Shown here one piece after another: positions 63,469 to 64,000 of a stretch of 64,000 nucleotides of DNA. Origin of the DNA: an uncultured Flammeovirgaceae bacterium (lineage in GTDB: Bacteria > Bacteroidota > Bacteroidia > Cytophagales > MED-G16); assembly GCA_913052485.1 (NCBI GenBank), contig CAJXDN010000002.1, positions 82,031 to 146,030 on the forward strand, given 5' to 3'. The position numbers and the translations under genes are program-made. The notes under the pieces are model-generated. The model saw nothing but the letters and a program-made list of their open reading frames with translations. It was not told where the DNA came from and made no database searches. How positions within the stretch are numbered: the stretch's first letter is position 1; every line of letters begins with the position of its first letter.

Positions 63469-64000
63469 ATGTTAAATCTTCAGTATCAGTATAAATTATT
63501 AGAAGCAGGATGCGATGAAGTTGGGAGAGGATGTATCGCAGGTCCAGTTGTTGCAGCTGCAGTAATACTCCCATCAGACTACAGGAATAAGTTTATTATT
63601 GACTCAAAAAAATTAAGTCAAAAGAGAAGGATAGAGGTAGGTCAGGAGATAATTGTTAACGCAACTAGTTGGAGTATTTCTGAGGTGAGTAACAAAAAGA
63701 TAGATGAGATAAATATTCTTAATGCCTCAATTCTGGCTATGCACAGGTCACTTGATAAATTAAAGGTAAGGCCAGAGTTCATTTTAGTAGATGGCAATAA
63801 GTTCAAGCCGTACAGAAATATAATTCATGAGTGTATAATCAAGGGAGATAATAAATTTCAAAATATTGCCGCTGCATCAATCCTCGCAAAAAATTATAGA
63901 GATGAACTGATGAGAAAATTATCTCTTAAACATGATAATTACTCATGGGAATCAAATTTTGGGTACCCAACAAAAAAACACAGAGATTCCATAAAAAAAT
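63469..64000 (+). CDS. rnhB: ribonuclease HII (3' end beyond the window)
   Basis: This ORF is not in the track because it runs off the end. My translation from ATG 63469 gives MLNLQYQYKLLEAGCDEVGRGCIAGPVVAAAVIL...DSKKLS...ILNASILAMHR...VDGN...KGDNKF.NIAAASILAK, which is the RNase HII signature. Confidence 0.92.
   Translation, partial: MLNLQYQYKLLEAGCDEVGRGCIAGPVVAAAVILPSDYRNKFIIDSKKLSQKRRIEVGQEIIVNATSWSISEVSNKKIDEINILNASILAMHRSLDKLKVRPEFILVDGNKFKPYRNIIHECIIKGDNKFQNIAAASILAKNYRDELMRKLSLKHDNYSWESNFGYPTKKHRDSIKK

Overview
This window is a visibly AT-rich, extremely gene-dense chromosomal segment. It reads as core genome of a streamlined member of the Bacteroidota, Flavobacteriia-like. Three things support that assignment: (1) synteny typical of the phylum (DUF4290-murA, ftsK-lolA-like, xerD/aroQ, pheT-coiled-coil-zapA, rplM-rpsI-rpsB-tsf); (2) several TAnnTTTG '-7' promoter boxes; (3) no Shine-Dalgarno sequences upstream of starts. 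I call about 60 protein genes plus one tmRNA.

The content is mostly housekeeping: topA, gyrB, ftsK, xerD, dnaX, recA, a UvrD-like helicase, rnhA, rnhB, murA, pyrD, pyrF, aroQ, queA, ispD, pheT and ribosomal proteins. There is also a complete histidine-utilisation operon (hutH-hutU-hutI-ftcD plus an AGCS transporter) and two periplasmic sugar-oxidation modules.

Reading by eye, I saw no rRNA, tRNA, CRISPR array, transposase, prophage or recognisable defence system. I cannot point to a clear-cut novel system.

The most second-look-worthy items:
- a TAT-exported Gfo/Idh/MocA oxidoreductase, NupG-like MFS carrier and cytosolic Gfo/Idh/MocA triad
- a GMC flavoprotein with a TAT 'hitch-hiker' subunit close to a DUF1080 lipoprotein
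- an orphan modular envelope protein next to the tmRNA gene
- an A11 slippery run at the gamma/tau boundary of dnaX
- a tmRNA tag ending in Val
- all ten convergent gene junctions abutting or overlapping, which leaves no room for terminators

All family assignments come from motif and pattern recognition on the supplied translations. No database search was run.
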